A DNA stretch of 64,000 nucleotides from Haplodiscus bocki (lineage: Eukaryota). The position numbers and the translations under genes are program-made. The stretch covers positions 63,736,001 to 63,800,000 of the forward strand of contig OZ296659.1 of assembly GCA_965655095.1 (NCBI GenBank). Reading direction: 5' to 3'. This document shows, one piece after another, positions 1-13,880 of this stretch (its first letter is position 1; each line of letters opens with the position of its first letter). The notes under the pieces were generated by a model. It was not told where the DNA came from. It ran no database searches and saw only the letters and a list, made by a program, of their open reading frames with translations.

Positions 1-3000
1 CACAAAAAATTTCACGAACACCAGTAAAGATGTCGTTTTTCATCAATTTCAAGTCAACATTTCTTGCAGTATAACAACAAAACAGCCTATCCAAGGAACT
101 TCACAGAACATCTACACCACAAGTAGCTTAATAAACGCTGGACCGACCCAATGCGACCAATAGGCAATAAACAAAATGACATCAACGACCAAGGAAAGAA
201 AAAGGTGTTCTCTCCAATTTTTCAAATTGAAGTCAAAATTTTTGGCGATAACATCACAAAACAGACTCCACCCCATTCCACAAAAATTCTCTACCATTAG
301 CAGTTTAATAGGCGCTGAGAGGTCCCCAACGGACCAGCAGCCATTAAGTAAACCACTTTTGTCACCGAAATAAAAGTCGAGATCATTCGGGAAAAAAGTA
401 GAAACTAATCTATCTCCGTTGTTCAAAGAAGCTCCCGGCAGCGAGAAGTTGAATTTGCATTTGATCGACACAATCCGAATATTATAGAAAGAAAAAAACA
501 ATTAACGAACGACGAAATTTGAATTATCTCAAATTTTTCAAATACAAGATACATTTTGCGGGAAAATGAAAAAAGATCGTCAATCTTTTAATACAGCTGA
601 AAAATTTTCGAAATAAAATTACAAAACATTATCTAATCTACTTCTCCGAACCTCTGGACCCTGAGTAGTAGAAGCGGCGTTTCCAGACAAAAAAGAATTT
701 CTTCACCGAAGAATAAGCAAAAATGCAGTCTCTATCACTGAACAACTTTTCCAGCTCGTAAGTTGTTCAGTCCAGCTCGGCAGATTATAAGGACAAAGCC
801 GAGTTATGCTATCTAAAAGTCACGTTTATATTAGGCAAAGTTTTCGCAAGATAGGCAACTATAATATATAATTATCCGAGGAAAGTCTGCAATCTTTCCG
901 GAGAAGATGGGGCAACCGGTTGGTTAGAAACTTCGGGAGTTACAGGTTGTTCGTTCAAACACCCCCCCCCCCCCAATTCGAAATGTCATCAAAATCCGGA
1001 ATATCCCAAAGTCTCGGGGAACATGCCAGCTTCAACCGAGTCAAACTAAAAGACGCGTCCACCACAATACATTTGCTTCATTCAATACGAAGTGCTAAGG
1101 CGTTTTTCTCGTCATTCATCAAGTGCAAAAGTTGTGAGATGAACGGATAAACTGTTTCATAGCTCGTTGGGTTCGACATGAGTCTTGATGCACTTATGAC
1201 AAAAACGCCGTGAAAATACAAAGTTTTGGCCAAAACATCGCGTTTCCGACAGCACATGAACACTGTCCTCCACTGTCACACCAGTTTCAAAATGGTATTT
1301 GAAAAAAGAATCAATTTTTTTTTCAAAGGAATGGTTTTCCTAAAGCAAGAGAATCTGTAACTTGATTACCGAAAAACTTGCAGTAGCGTCTTTTTCAAAA
1401 TTATCAGAGTCCACCAATTGGATACCCATTGATGACTCATCAACCCACCACTTGGAAAGATTGGTGGAGTACCAGATAAAATGTTCAAGATATTGTTGAA
1501 TATCGTCTTTCAACGTATCCTTTTTGTTAGCAAAGCTCCTAACCACTAATTCAAATTAAAGTGTCAAGATTTCGGCATTTTTATCCAAATTCGCTGACTC
1601 TTAAATGATATTGTCCAATACTGTTTTGTGTGGAGATTCCTGAGTGACAGGGGTTCACTATTTCACCGTTCCTCCGGGGTTAACTTGACTTCTATTGACT
1701 TTCATAGTTAATTTAAATGCACCTGCTTTTGGAAAACATTTCCCCGAAAAACACACCGAAATGCGAGCATCTAATGCACATTTCAAGGCACCTACAACGT
1801 GGAGGTTCTGTCGAGCAGCAGGATTCGCGGGTTTCTATCTTTCCCTGGGCAGAACTGGACTTTCAAATGAAAAATTAAAATTATATTTACTTGCGTCTTT
1901 CTTCGAGAACTTTTCCTGGATTAAAAACATCAACTACCAATTCAAGTACGGGATAAGTGGTGACGCAGCTGAAAGAGATTGCCTTTCAGTACTTACCCCT
2001 CCAATTGACTTGACTTTTCGAAAGTTCTCACGATCTCAAAATTGTTTGTTTTCAAAGTCTTTCCCACATAGATTTTGTTTTTTTTTCACGAAATTCCGCC
2101 TTATTGGAAACTCGTGATTTCAAATCAGGAATCGCTTTTTTGGTTGAATCTGCAGAACTGTGCGTCACAGTTGAATTTTTCTTAGAAAGTTGAAAATAGT
2201 TTTTGATACTTCTCGAAGTTCCCAGAGGTTCAGTCTTTTTCTATGGTGGTTTTCAACTTGATGTTTCCAATTATCAACGAACTGGTTTTTTGGTTTTCCG
2301 GCTTTCCGGAGCTCCGCTTCGCCGCTGTGTTACATTAGTATGCGTTTTTAATATTCGTTGAAACACAGATCATATGCCCTCCATTCAACAAATATTAATT
2401 AGTTTACAATGTTTAGATGGATATCACTTGATCTTGCTTAATCTCACTGATTTTACTGACGAAATTGTGATTTTTTACATTTGAGGAAGCTTTTTTAAAC
2501 GAAGGTTATGACAGAAGCCCACAATTGGTCCGAAAGTCTTCCGACTACTTACACCCCCTTCCTTACTACGGAGAGATTGCGGTGGGTAATGCAAAAGAGT
2601 ATGTTACGAGCCCAGTATTGTTCTGGGTCCAATATTTTTATATTTATGCGCAAAAAACCAGCAACATTTTCTACAAGAAATAGGCGACATTTCAATGTGC
2701 CTGTGTCCAAAGTTTCTTCAGGCGCGGAGCGATATTCATCAATCTTCTTTCCAAAGCGTACAAAAATACAACCAGAATATTCGGGAGCATGCTTTGCACA
2801 CTGAAAAAGGCCGGCGCTACCAAAACAACTATGCAGCATCCTCATTCTGACAACTAAAACGTTAGCAGTATAAATTTATAATTCAATATTAAGGTAAGTT
2901 AAATGGAATATACTTTCCGACAAACTGTCATTCAAGCTTGTTTATATTAAAATAATAAAGCGAGAAAATAAATGCAGAAATTCAAAATATTCAAGATTTA

Positions 3001-6000
3001 CAAGCCTTAACTTGAGAAATATACTTCACAAGGTAAACATCCTTCGTCAGATTGTAGATTGTTTTCAGAGAATCCAAATTAGGTTTTTCTGATCATCAAA
3101 ACGCGTTACTCGTCTACCTTGGGATTCCCAATAAGCGGGAGGGTGCTATTTATTTCCCGGGAGGAGGGGAGAGATCATATTGCTGACTTGTTGACATCGC
3201 AAGTTGAACTTTCAAAAAGGATGATTTTTAAAATACATCTCTTCCAACTCTGAATTCAAAACTAAAAAGTATCGTTGTGTTTTATGAGTGAGTTCTACTT
3301 AAATAGAAAAATTCACAATATTGGTTAAGGTACCCTTCAAAACACCAAAATTGGAAGGAAACGCAACGGACTAAAATTTTCGCGTGACACAGCCAGTCCG
3401 TTGGAAGTCAATCAATGGTTCGAATAAGAGGTGGGGGTAGCAATTTCAGGTCTCTGGCAAAACGCGGAGAGTCCCACTTATTAGGAAGCCCAGAGTAATA
3501 ACTAAAAGATTCAATTAAAAGTTGTTAACGCTCCAAATACCTGAATGAGAGTTGGGTGACCTATTCCAAGTAGTCAAAAGCCGATATAATCAGAAAAAAA
3601 CTATAAATACCTGATGAGAAACCGAAACAAATTAGCTGCCTACATCTACATACGGGTGTTAAACTAAAAATATTAACTGCAACCCAAAATTTTCTTACTA
3701 AAATTAAATAATTAAATTTTTGCATTTTTAATCAAGAAACAGATATTTTTCATTCTTAAAGACAAAAAACAATGCCAACCAATCAACAACTTTTAACTGT
3801 AGAATGAATGTCTCAAAAGGAATTCCACAACCACAGAAAGTATCTGATTTTCCAAATTTTTCAAAGAAAATTCTTCCTTGAGACAGTGCATATTGTATTG
3901 GTTGATACGAATTGACAAATAATTATTTCATCGGTACATCTAAATTTTTGAATGAAGCAAACAAAAAAGCCGCAAAACGAATGAAAATCGATAAAAAAAA
4001 CGAACTGGATGCTATGACTCGTTGGTCCGATATATAATGTCTGCGAGTCGTTGTCAGTTCAAACATCTTTGCTATATGAGTTTTCAGAAAAAATTTCAGT
4101 ATATGTAACGGGATATTTATCGTACATAGATACGTTGTTTTCGCGTTCCTGGACTATAAACCTGGACGTAAGATTAATGGATACCCTGGAAACAGTTCGT
4201 TTTACACGGTGAAAAAAGCCACTGTATTATTCAGTCGGGCATTCTTTTTTTACAAAAGAGTGAGAGCCGACTGAATACAATGGACTCCGTGGAGATTTGG
4301 TGCCTTACGCGTGACGCCGAATGGGTAGTTTTTAAAAACTTGGCATTATCCAGTTTCAATACATTCTTCCTTTAAGTCGAATGTGTGAAAAGCAAAGTCA
4401 TCGTTAAACAGACACCCCGTTACAAGCATAAGCTGTTGTTTCGGTTGCTCTCATTAACTATTCAAAAGCATTCACATCTGGTGAATGAAGAGAAAATAAT
4501 GAAAAGAGGGCACTAGGTGACTCAGGAAAATTTTAAGAGACGCCAACAAATTCCCATTTTGAAAGGGCGCTGCGAACACAATCAATACTATGATGAAGAA
4601 AAACACCAGGCAGTGATAGAGAGCTAAAACTCGAGCGCCATCAAAATCAGAGAACCTATGGGGGTTCACTGGGATGTACAAAAACACTGTAAGCAAGTTT
4701 TTTTCTGAATTTCCACCAAATTCCAACAATTTTGTTGGAAAAAAATCGAACGGTATTTGAAAAGCTTGAAATTGCAAATTCGGACTACTTTCATGAATTT
4801 TTATGAAATTGACCTTCTGAGAAGAATTTTGATTGCAATTTTATCGCTAAAGTGTCAAAGCAGGATCTTTGTATACCAACTGAGCACAGCTTAAAACTTA
4901 TTTCCAGTCACACCTCACATTATTAAACTTAATCTGAAGTAACTTTACTTGAACTTATATTTTTTCTTAAAAAAACCACATAGTTTGTCAATTGTTTGGA
5001 TGAAAACTTCGGAACTGCATACGACATGTCCAAAGTTTAGAGTAGATAAAGCGCTTGTTACTGGCTCACCAATCTATGTTTGGAACTTTCAATGCATCAC
5101 GCGGTAGTGTTGTCGCGCGAAGTATGGGGTTGGAAAGCTACTAAAATTCGCAAACCTGTCGTTTTAGCTAATATTACTAAGCGAAGTGTGCGGTCGTAAG
5201 TCTACATTAATATGTAAGCAGTCTCAAAAAGATTACAATACAATCAACTTAGTCAAAAGGCCTTGCACAGCCGCGCGGACAAAGCAACTGCGTGAATTCT
5301 ACTAGTAAAATCAATCAAGGGGGAAAATTGAATGAGCATAAGATAATAAGTAAATCCATCACAAGTAAAGGCACAAGGGTAGATATTGCGAAAACTAAGA
5401 TTCACGAAGGCAAAATAGTAGAAAGCAGCAGCAACAGATTATATGAAATATTCTGCAAATTATGAAAGCTGCCTATTTATCTAAATTTTAAAAATTTTTC
5501 TTCAAAAAAACTTGAATATCCGGCGACGCTGTAAAAACCCATTGTAGACATCCCTTTACAAAACCCATCTTATATCAACAGGGAACTCATTGTGAATCTC
5601 CAATGTTAGAAAGTTTTCAGATTATCGATCAGTCAGAACAAAATTTTTCAAAAAAACTTACATCTGTTTTCAGTACCCTGAGAACGTAAAGTAGCTTTAG
5701 TACATAGGACGAGTTGGTATGTTCTGGCCTTCAGCTGGGGCGAATGGTTGCAATTGTTGTATCAAGCACCATTTTTCTTTTTGTTTCACTTATTTTCTTC
5801 AACTTTACGTCATACTTATTTAGTCTTTTATCTGAAACTCGGAGCATGCAACACCAAGGTAAAAGGAGTTTCACCTCTTAGAATCCCTTCAATTCGATCT
5901 GTTATCCAAACATCAAGATTAGGCGGGGCTATCGACTTGAATAAAAACTTTCTTTTACCCTGTAGTATTATACTGGTAACGTGCATAAAAGCAGTAAACC

Positions 6001-6329
6001 AAGTCGCTTCTCTCAGAGTCCTCTCTTGTAAATCCGCGATCGGAATATGAAGATCAATCAGTGCAGTTGACGAGGATATTACATGCAAAGAATCCTTATA
6101 GATTTTAAATCCAAAACGCGATAGTAAAATACCAAAAAGAAGTCAACTGAGTTATTTCCTTCACTCCTCCGTTTTCTTCAACGGCGATTAATGTCTTGCG
6201 GATTTTATTCAGAAGGTTTTCTTTGGTCTTCAATTAGAACAGTATCAAACCTCGAGACTAATGAAGAGGATTTATTGATAGACGTGTTTTTGTTTCAAAT
6301 TTAATCAATCCAGAGATATTTCTGTTCCA

Positions 6330-6950
6330 GGTTTCGGGGCAAAAAATTGAAGTTAGAAAAGGCTAACGAGATAGACTCTACTAAAATTGAAAGAACTAAA
6401 ACTCACTGTTACCATCCTTCAATTTTATGGTTTCCTCGTCCATGGAGCTCTTCAAGTTGGTTTGATACTGTGGGTGGATTCGAAAAAGAAATTCTCAGTC
6501 AAATGTCGGGTCGATTTCGTCCTGAAATTATTTCAAGAGCGAGGATGAGCATTGCGACTAATACAATTTCCCAGATGAGTTTGTCTTGCAAAATTTTCGA
6601 GAAACAAGAGATGAGAATTGGACTCCACATGATTTCTCTAAGTAAGAAGTGGGAAGCTAAGAGTGGAATTGAGAAGTGAGACGGCAAGTAAGAAGAGAGT
6701 TGGTTGTTAACAGTAGGCGAGTGAGTGAAATTATAATCTTTTATGGTCGTGCGAGACGACCCTAAAAAAGCAACATGCTCTAACACCATGCCACTAAAAA
6801 GGGAACAGCATGTGCCAAGCACCTTAGCAGCACGAGCGATTAAAAGGGTAGCATATCGTAGGCATAAAGGAACTTTTGTTTGTTTAGGGCCTTTGTCTAC
6901 AAGTTGAGCAATGCCAATCGAGTCAGTCTCATATTCTGATCTCGTCACCC
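6330..6950. repeat. Interspersed repeat (possible solo LTR), related to 15260-15940
   Basis: 6801-6837 matches 15800-15836 at 30/37 nt. Weaker collinear similarity is seen at ~6480-6550 vs ~15430-15500. Confidence 0.5.
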
Positions 6951-6974
6951 AGATAGTGGATAATATTTATTACT

Positions 6975-7138
6975 AAATAGTAATCAAATAATTGTAGCCC
7001 CCAAGTCTACTGTCCGAAAATTATTAATTTTATCCTCTTGCCAAGAGGAAACAGTGAAATAGTAATCAAATGATTGTAGCCCCTAAATCTACTGTCCGAA
7101 AATTATTACTTTTTTCGTCTTGCCAAGCGGAAACACTA
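6975..7138. repeat. Imperfect tandem duplication, 2 x 82 bp
   Basis: aaatagtaatcaaat..ttgtagcccc..tctactgtccgaaaattatta..tcttgccaag.ggaaaca starts at 6975 and 7057. Confidence 0.9.
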
Positions 7139-8339
7139 AAATTTGACCTGAGACTCTCGAAGCATCCCCCGCAACAATTTTGATGAGTCAATTTTACTTT
7201 TTTCATAATATTCGTTAGCTATCGTTTCCTGTGTCATTAACAAAGATACAAACAGCGCTGATCATTTCCGGTATTCATCTGAAAATCCATAAACCTAGAG
7301 TTCTTCATTTTGGGTTGGAATCTCCGAAACTTATAAGCTTCAGTTTTCTAAGGTTTAGCTTTAGGTCAAACGCGACAGTGTTCTGAATTTATCATTTAAA
7401 AAAACTATTAGATCACCTTGCTTTTATCCTTGCTCCCCTCCCTCCCCCCTCATTATGAGGAAGTTGGAAAAAAGGTTTCAAGACCCATGAAATTACGTCG
7501 ACATCCTGAAAACGATTATAGAAGTCATGTAATCTCATTAATGCCGTAATACATATACAAAGAAAATTGCAGGTAAATTCGTGAAAATGTGGCGCAATTT
7601 AGTTTACTTTTCAATCAATAAAGCTAGAAAATCTACTGCCACGCAATATGGGGGAAATTCTTAATCCAAATCCTGACCAAAACTGTTCATTATTAATCTC
7701 GCTTTCTCTTTCCGCGGCTATTTGGCTGAGAGGCATTCGACAGACGTTAAGTATTGAGTGAGCTAATCATCGAAAATGGTCCCGTAGCCCCCCGTATATT
7801 ATGAAAAACAATTCTATTTCTCCATCACATCACTTTGAGTACAGTTTATGCCGGCCAATACTTGCTCGACTTCACTGGCAGGAAAAACGAAAAATGGTGA
7901 CGTATACCCTAGCCGACGATACTTCTGACGAGTGAGGCGAAAACGCAGAGATGCTAAGCGTTCTTCACTTTGATTGGCTCAACGATTGTTGTTGAGAAAT
8001 TGAAATCATGTATTCCTTACGTAAGTGCTTTCACGAACGGCACCCGCGTATTTGACTTCCCTGATCATTCGTATTTGTCACGTAACAGAATCATTCCAAC
8101 TCAGCCAATAGTATTTGAGGATACGTCACCCTAGTGGATACGTCACCCTTCCTCTAATACGAATTGTTTCAGACGAATGTTCGCTAAAACATGGTTCGGT
8201 TTGTTGAACATCCACCTGACTTTGTGGCCAAAGCTAGATTGATTCAATTGAATATTTCGAAACTGCAAGATATTTATTGTGTATTGGACTTTTACCTCTT
8301 CCAATTGTTGAATTATTCCAAACCAGCTTTCAAACAACC

Positions 8340-8776
8340 TTGGGTTATTTATTGTTCAAATCCGTGTGCAGCGGGAGAATGCCAACAAAAGAGAAATCCC
8401 CCCAAGGGGAGCAACGCCTTGTTGAATGTCAGAGGAAATGTGGAAAGTGGACTGTCGTGTGGATCCCGAAAAGTCTCCTAAGAGATCATTTATTTGCGGG
8501 TTTTGTTCATATGAGCAACTCGCAAAACTAGAACAAAGACTAAAAGACCTGGAAGAGAACCGTTCCACAGCTTGCCAAGCAGCTACCAAAGATATAGAAA
8601 CAAGACTAACTGCATGGGAAGATAATCAGCATACTGAGAAAAATTTTGTCCCGAGAGAAACACAAACTGCATCTAAACCAACCTACGCCGACATACTAAC
8701 AGGGATAAAATTAGAAGAAAAATTCCAAAAAGACATAGAAAGAAATATAATTAACTCAGGAATAAATGTTCACTGA
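8340..8776 (+). pseudogene. LINE ORF1 remnant with PHD-finger-like Cys cluster and coiled coil
   Basis: Across frames: CSNPC...C...VECQRKCGKW...C.VDP...SFICGFC, then the heptad-like EQLAKLEQRLKDLEE and PTYADIL, a motif typical of LINE ORF1. Confidence 0.6.
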
Positions 8777-9051
8777 GAGAAGAACGACTATTTTTTCGAT
8801 TCTCAAGGATCTGGAAGTAAGTAGTAAAACCGAATCAACCACTAGAATCGGAAAAGTTAACGCATCGAAAACACAACTCATTCAGGTCAGGCTGAAAGAT
8901 ACAGCCTGAACTAACACCCCAATAGGGGCAACAAAGCTATGAGCTGAGACAAATCCTGCGAAAACCTTCTGAAGCACCGGAATTAATTCACTTCATTAAG
9001 CATAACAGAGTCGTCTCACAGCAACGCAAAGGTGACAAATGACTACAACGC

Positions 9052-11683
9052 CCTCTAAAGTGCGGCTTTTGGAACATAGAAGGAACGAGGGACAAAACAA
9101 AATTCTACGAATTCATAGATTTAGATATAATGCTACTTGCTGAAACGATGTCGGTCAAAACATTGGATATTCCTAATTTCATATGCAAGTCAGTTGAGGC
9201 AACCGAACATGAACGTGGAAGACCGACCGGCGGTTTAACGATTGCTGTCCACCAAAGAACTATGAACCAATGCGCAATTGTTTCAAAATCCGAGCTCAGC
9301 ATTAGTTTTAGATTAGTTAATACACAGCTCTTCTTCATCATCACCTATTTCAATCCCGAGATAGAAGAAGATGACATCTTACACGAGTTATTCCAAAATT
9401 TGAGACTCTCCCAACCAACAGATGAAATATGTTTGGAGACTTCAATTGCAGAATCGACAAACCATATGAAAAAACAAATGCACTCTTGGAATATCTTCAC
9501 CTGCAAAATTTAAACAACAATAATGATAAGGAAGAAAAAACTTTCGTGAACAGCCAAGGAAGCAGTACAATTGATCTCTGCTTCACTAATGCAGGTCACC
9601 GTATTAGCGACTGCAAAATTACCAACAACTTACTTAGTAACCACAGACTACTTACTATCAATTACTTGTGACTACAAAACAAAAGAAGAGACCGGTGAGA
9701 CCATCTTTGATGTTAACGTGGAAGTCTTAACTGATGTAGTCGAACAAATAGATTAGTCACTCCAACCTAGCACAGAAAACCTGAACAATTCAATCGTAAA
9801 AGCTTTCTCGTCATCCACAGTGCAGAACCAGAACCGCACCTCAAAGCCCTGGTTTGATTGTGAACTTTACGCAATGCACAAAAAACTCAAAGAAAAATAC
9901 AAAAATCACCGATTCGAATATTCAGACGCGAAAAGGAAATGCTACCAAAACCTGAAAAAAATAATCAGAATTATGTGCAGACGAAAGAAAGCCCAATATG
10001 AGCAAGAACACGAAACCCGCATAACCCAATTGACTGAGAACAGCCCCAATAACTTTCTTAAAAGCAAGCGAAGCCAGAAAGCCATTTGTCAAGCGTGCCC
10101 AGTCATTCTGCAAAACCATTTTATCGAAAGGTGAAGTTACTTTCCAGCCCTCCGACATACCCAACGACCATGACTATCTTCGAACATGTGCAGAATATAA
10201 CCGAATACTTGACAACCCTATTTCTCTTAACGAAATGTGTCTATCCATAAGGAATATTAACCCAAGGAAATCTGCGGGAATTGACAACATCTCTGCTAAA
10301 TCCCTGCGAATGTCCATGCCACTGACTTATCAGGTAATCTTTTGCTTTTTAAATAGTGCCTTTCACAATGCAGAATGCCCCCAACTTTGTAAAACTGCTA
10401 AGCTCAATCCCATTTATGAAGGAAAAGGCAGTAAATTTGACCCAAATAGCTACCGAGGTATAGCAGTTCACTGTGCCATATATAAAGTCTACTCGGGCAT
10501 TATTCATGAAAGACTGAAAGGGTGGTCAGATATTCATAGCACTTTACCTGAGACCCAACATGGCTTTAGGAGTGGTTTTTCGACGTTTACAGCAATTCAG
10601 ACCCTGTACGACACCATAAATGAGGCCATTGTGTTCAAACCATATTTTGTTTGCTTCGTTGACTTCGAAAATGGCCTTTGATAGCATAAATCGAACGAGT
10701 CTCCTCTCTAAACTTAAAAGTCTCGGAGTATCCATTCACTTCATAAGTAATTTTCTCGATGATAGATAGAAACAGTATCTCGTTATCCACCGGAAAATAT
10801 CTACAGGAACCGATCACTCAGACAGTGGGGTTAGCACAGAGGGACAAATTATCCCCGTTACTGTTTGCTATTTTCATAGCTGATCTCAGCGATACCCTTC
10901 TATCAGCTCTAAATCAACCTATGACCCTTTTCTATGCTGATGACTTTGCAATTGGTACCACAGAACTATCGTCTTTACAAGAATACCTCAATACCTCACA
11001 TAACTATTGCAAGATGAATCGCATCTCCGTGAATGTCAAGAAAACTAAGATTATGAGATTTTGTGAAGGTGGAGGACTCATAAAGAAACCCAATATCTGC
11101 TATGGAAAAGAGCCAATCAAAGTAGTTAATGAATTCGTTTACTTGGGTGTTAAATTCCAAACAAATTTGAAACCAACAAAACACTTAAAACACCTGGTGA
11201 CCAAAGCTGTAATTGCTACAAATAGTCTTATCACCAAGTTAGACTTGAATAAAATTTCTCTGATTAGTGCTACTAGACTTTTCAATACGGTTATTATTCC
11301 TGCTGCAACATATGGTCATCAAATCTTCAAAGATTTAATCTCTGCAGAAGTTTGGAACAATCACCAACGACAAATTTACAGCATATTTTTCAAAAGATGG
11401 GCTGCCATACCAAGACGATTGCCGACGATGCCGCTGATTGATGGAATTTTTTGCCCTAATCCTTTGAAAATAGCTGAAAGACAACCAAAAACTAAAAATG
11501 TACTATAGCAATGGATGCCACCACAGGTTATGTGTCAATGGAAAATGATTTTCTTTTAATCAAGGGACATTGCCTTGTCAGTGTATCTTTTGCCTCGATG
11601 AGATCTGTGATAATGGCCATGTATGCTGCTGTCCTGCTCTTCACGGAGTCGCCATTCTAGAACGACTAGAGAATTTGGTTTAA
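9052..11683 (+). pseudogene. LINE ORF2 remnant (AP endonuclease, reverse transcriptase, C-terminal Cys/His motif)
   Basis: Split over ORFs 9130-9513, 9429-9671, 9820-10134, 10235-10681 and 10759-11508. The tail after the 11508 stop reads CQCIFCLDEICDNGHVCCCP. Confidence 0.88.
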
Positions 11684-12384
11684 GGCCATTGCGTACCAAA
11701 AATCAATCGAGAACCAGAAACAAAGTTATACAATAACAGAATGCATTGTGACAAATCGGACTCTAGCTTGTGAATTTGCCATATATAGCTCGCTTTTGTT
11801 CATTTTATTTTTTATTTATTTCTCTGGAATATGTGATGAAGCATTTGTGATCACTATTATCACCATTTTCCCTTATATTCCATTTGTCAAAGATTGACGT
11901 TGAATTCAATGTTTCAATTTGTGGCCCAATCAGATTGAAATGTAACTTCACAGCGCGCTTCTTTCTTGCAATACATGTATATCTATCACGTGTATCCGTT
12001 TTGAGTCACCTAAAGACCAAATGAGAACGAAATTGAACGAAAATGCAAAAACAAGATTGTCAAAGTTTAACTGAGGCATTGATTGATGTCAATTTCTATT
12101 TAACTTTTAGAACTGCAGATGAAACAAAACGTCCGTTTGACCAATTCATTAGCGCTAAAAAAACCTACAAACATACAGGGTACGTTGAAGTATAATTAAT
12201 GTTTCATGAAAATCTTCAAGAAACTCGAAGTTTGTATTGTTTTCAAAAAAGTTTTTCATGACGTCTGCTGAATTGACTAATTACTATTCGGAGTCCAATA
12301 TTAACAACATCAATTTATATTTGACCTAAAAAAATAAATTGATAAGAATTGAAACTAGAAATGGACATCACTAATTTAACAGAG

Positions 12385-12755
12385 GCGAAGCTGTGCTTTG
12401 CAACACTTGCGCTAACGGCAAACTAGCGAACAAATCGACTAAATGTAACTGATTTTTGAAAGGTTTACGATACTATTGATAACAAGTGTACAGAAACGGA
12501 GTCAATTTTCTAAAGTTCACATACAAGTGAGAAATGCTATAATATTTCATTCGCTTGATATTTTAAAATAGAAAACTGATTCTCAAAGGGTAATTTCAGT
12601 TAGTAGAGCATGCAGTTCCGGCGCGAAAGGTCCAGGTTCGAGGGGAAACTACCCCTCTCTTCGGTCAAAATCTAAGAAATTGTGCGAGTTCAGAACGGTT
12701 CGTAAAAAAAGAAAACTAAAGCCTGCGATATAACACTTTCTTGAGCAAGTGTAAT
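12385..12755 (-). mobile_element. Non-autonomous Helentron-type (HINE/DINE-1-like) element, copy A
   Basis: Plus-strand left end: hairpin GCGAAGC-TGT-GCTTTGC (12385-12401), then ACACTTGC (12403-12410). Right end: ACACTTTCT-TG-AGCAAGTGT (12733-12752). This is a subterminal inverted repeat pair, a local inverted repeat and a terminal hairpin. Confidence 0.6.
12588..12655 (+). other. tRNA-like (Pol III A/B box) segment inside HINE copy A
   Basis: TAATTTCAGTTAGTAGAGC resembles a D-arm/A box. GGTTCGA at 12635-12641 is a B box. No convincing full cloverleaf. Confidence 0.5.
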
Positions 12756-13399
12756 TAATAAAAAATACGACTCCTTCCCAAAAAACTCAACCAATATTTC
12801 GTGAATGTTCTCGAGGACTGATTTGCCTAAATCCATTTTTCTATAAACTGGAAAGGTTATCGACAGACTGTTTTCTCTTAGGCCGTTGTGCCGCTTCCGA
12901 GAAAACACACGTCCAGCACGAGAATTTTCAAAGAACATAGGTATTTAGGATGCCAGAGGCATTAACCTTTAAATGTTCACTCGGAAAAAACTGGAATTAG
13001 CGATTTCCTCACACCCACTTTTGAAGAAAAATATGAATTGGGCGAATAAAATTCTGAGTTCTGAACATTCAAAGCGTCGAAGATTTTCTAGCGTTTTGAT
13101 GTTTCAAAAATTTGGATGAAATGAGAATCAAGAATTTTGAGATACGATACATGTTCAACATTTTGAAAAAGCGGGAAAAAATGAAAGTTAAAATGGCAAC
13201 CTTGACATTATTTGAATGAATTACTTGTCACGCTAGCAGAGGAGAGAAAAAATATCATTTGATTCAATTTGTCAGTTTCGCTTAAAGCGGTGCGTTACCA
13301 CTACTTCGTTTGTTGTCTCAGTCAAAACAGCGGTCACACTGCGACAGTACTTTAGTTTAAGGAGTGAGATTGTCTAGACAAGATCACTCTTCTACTATT

Positions 13400-13880
13400 T
13401 TTTGCCATATTATTTATGAGATGCAAAATTTTCCGCTCAAATAGAACGCTTATTTCTACCCGCTCTTTGTCAATTGCATTCACAATGGTCATTCACGTTT
13501 CTGAACGTGATTTTTTCCAAAAAAACTAGCAAATTTGCAGTAGAATGCGACAGTAAGATTTCTCAAAATGTTCACTTGAAGATTTTTTGGAAAAAAAAGG
13601 GATGGGTTTTTTTGAAAACTTGATTTTTTTTCAAAATCGCTAGAGGCGGCAAATTGGCAGTAGAATGTGTATCAAATGGTATGATTTCATAAAGTATCTT
13701 CAGCCCTACTAATGAGGTTTCTAGGTCAAAAAACATAAAGATTCTCAATTTGAAAAAATGAGAAAATTTTATGAGGAAGCAACGTTTCCTCGAGAAAAAA
13801 ACGTTTTCATCTTTTTAATAGGCTTCTTTACAAAAATGGGAAGGCTCAAAAATAAGCCGGTGGTAGCCGGCCGCCATGTT
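13400..13880 (+). repeat. Probable non-autonomous element with internal 120-bp periodicity and a 3' GC hairpin
   Basis: caaatt(t/g)gcagtagaatg at 13530 and 13650. Hairpin GCCGG-TGGTAG-CCGGC at 13856-13871, near the apparent end. Confidence 0.45.

Larger units (their letters stand above)
8191..11708 (+). mobile_element. Degenerate non-LTR retrotransposon (APE + RT LINE; clade uncertain within the CR1/L2/RTEX-like group)
   Basis: ORF1 remnant, then APE motifs (FWNIEG, LLAET, GRPTGG, FGDFNCR, STIDL, SNH) and RT motifs (KSAGIDNI, PNSYRGI, QHGFR, FVDF..AFDSI, GLAQRDKLSPLLF, FYADD). Ends in a short aatcaatc tail near 11701-11708. Many frameshifts and stops. The 5' boundary is approximate. Confidence 0.9.

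Noticed and set aside
12588-12655. Functional tRNA gene
   Set aside because: A and B boxes are recognisable, but the anticodon and T stems do not pair convincingly, and it sits inside a repeat element.
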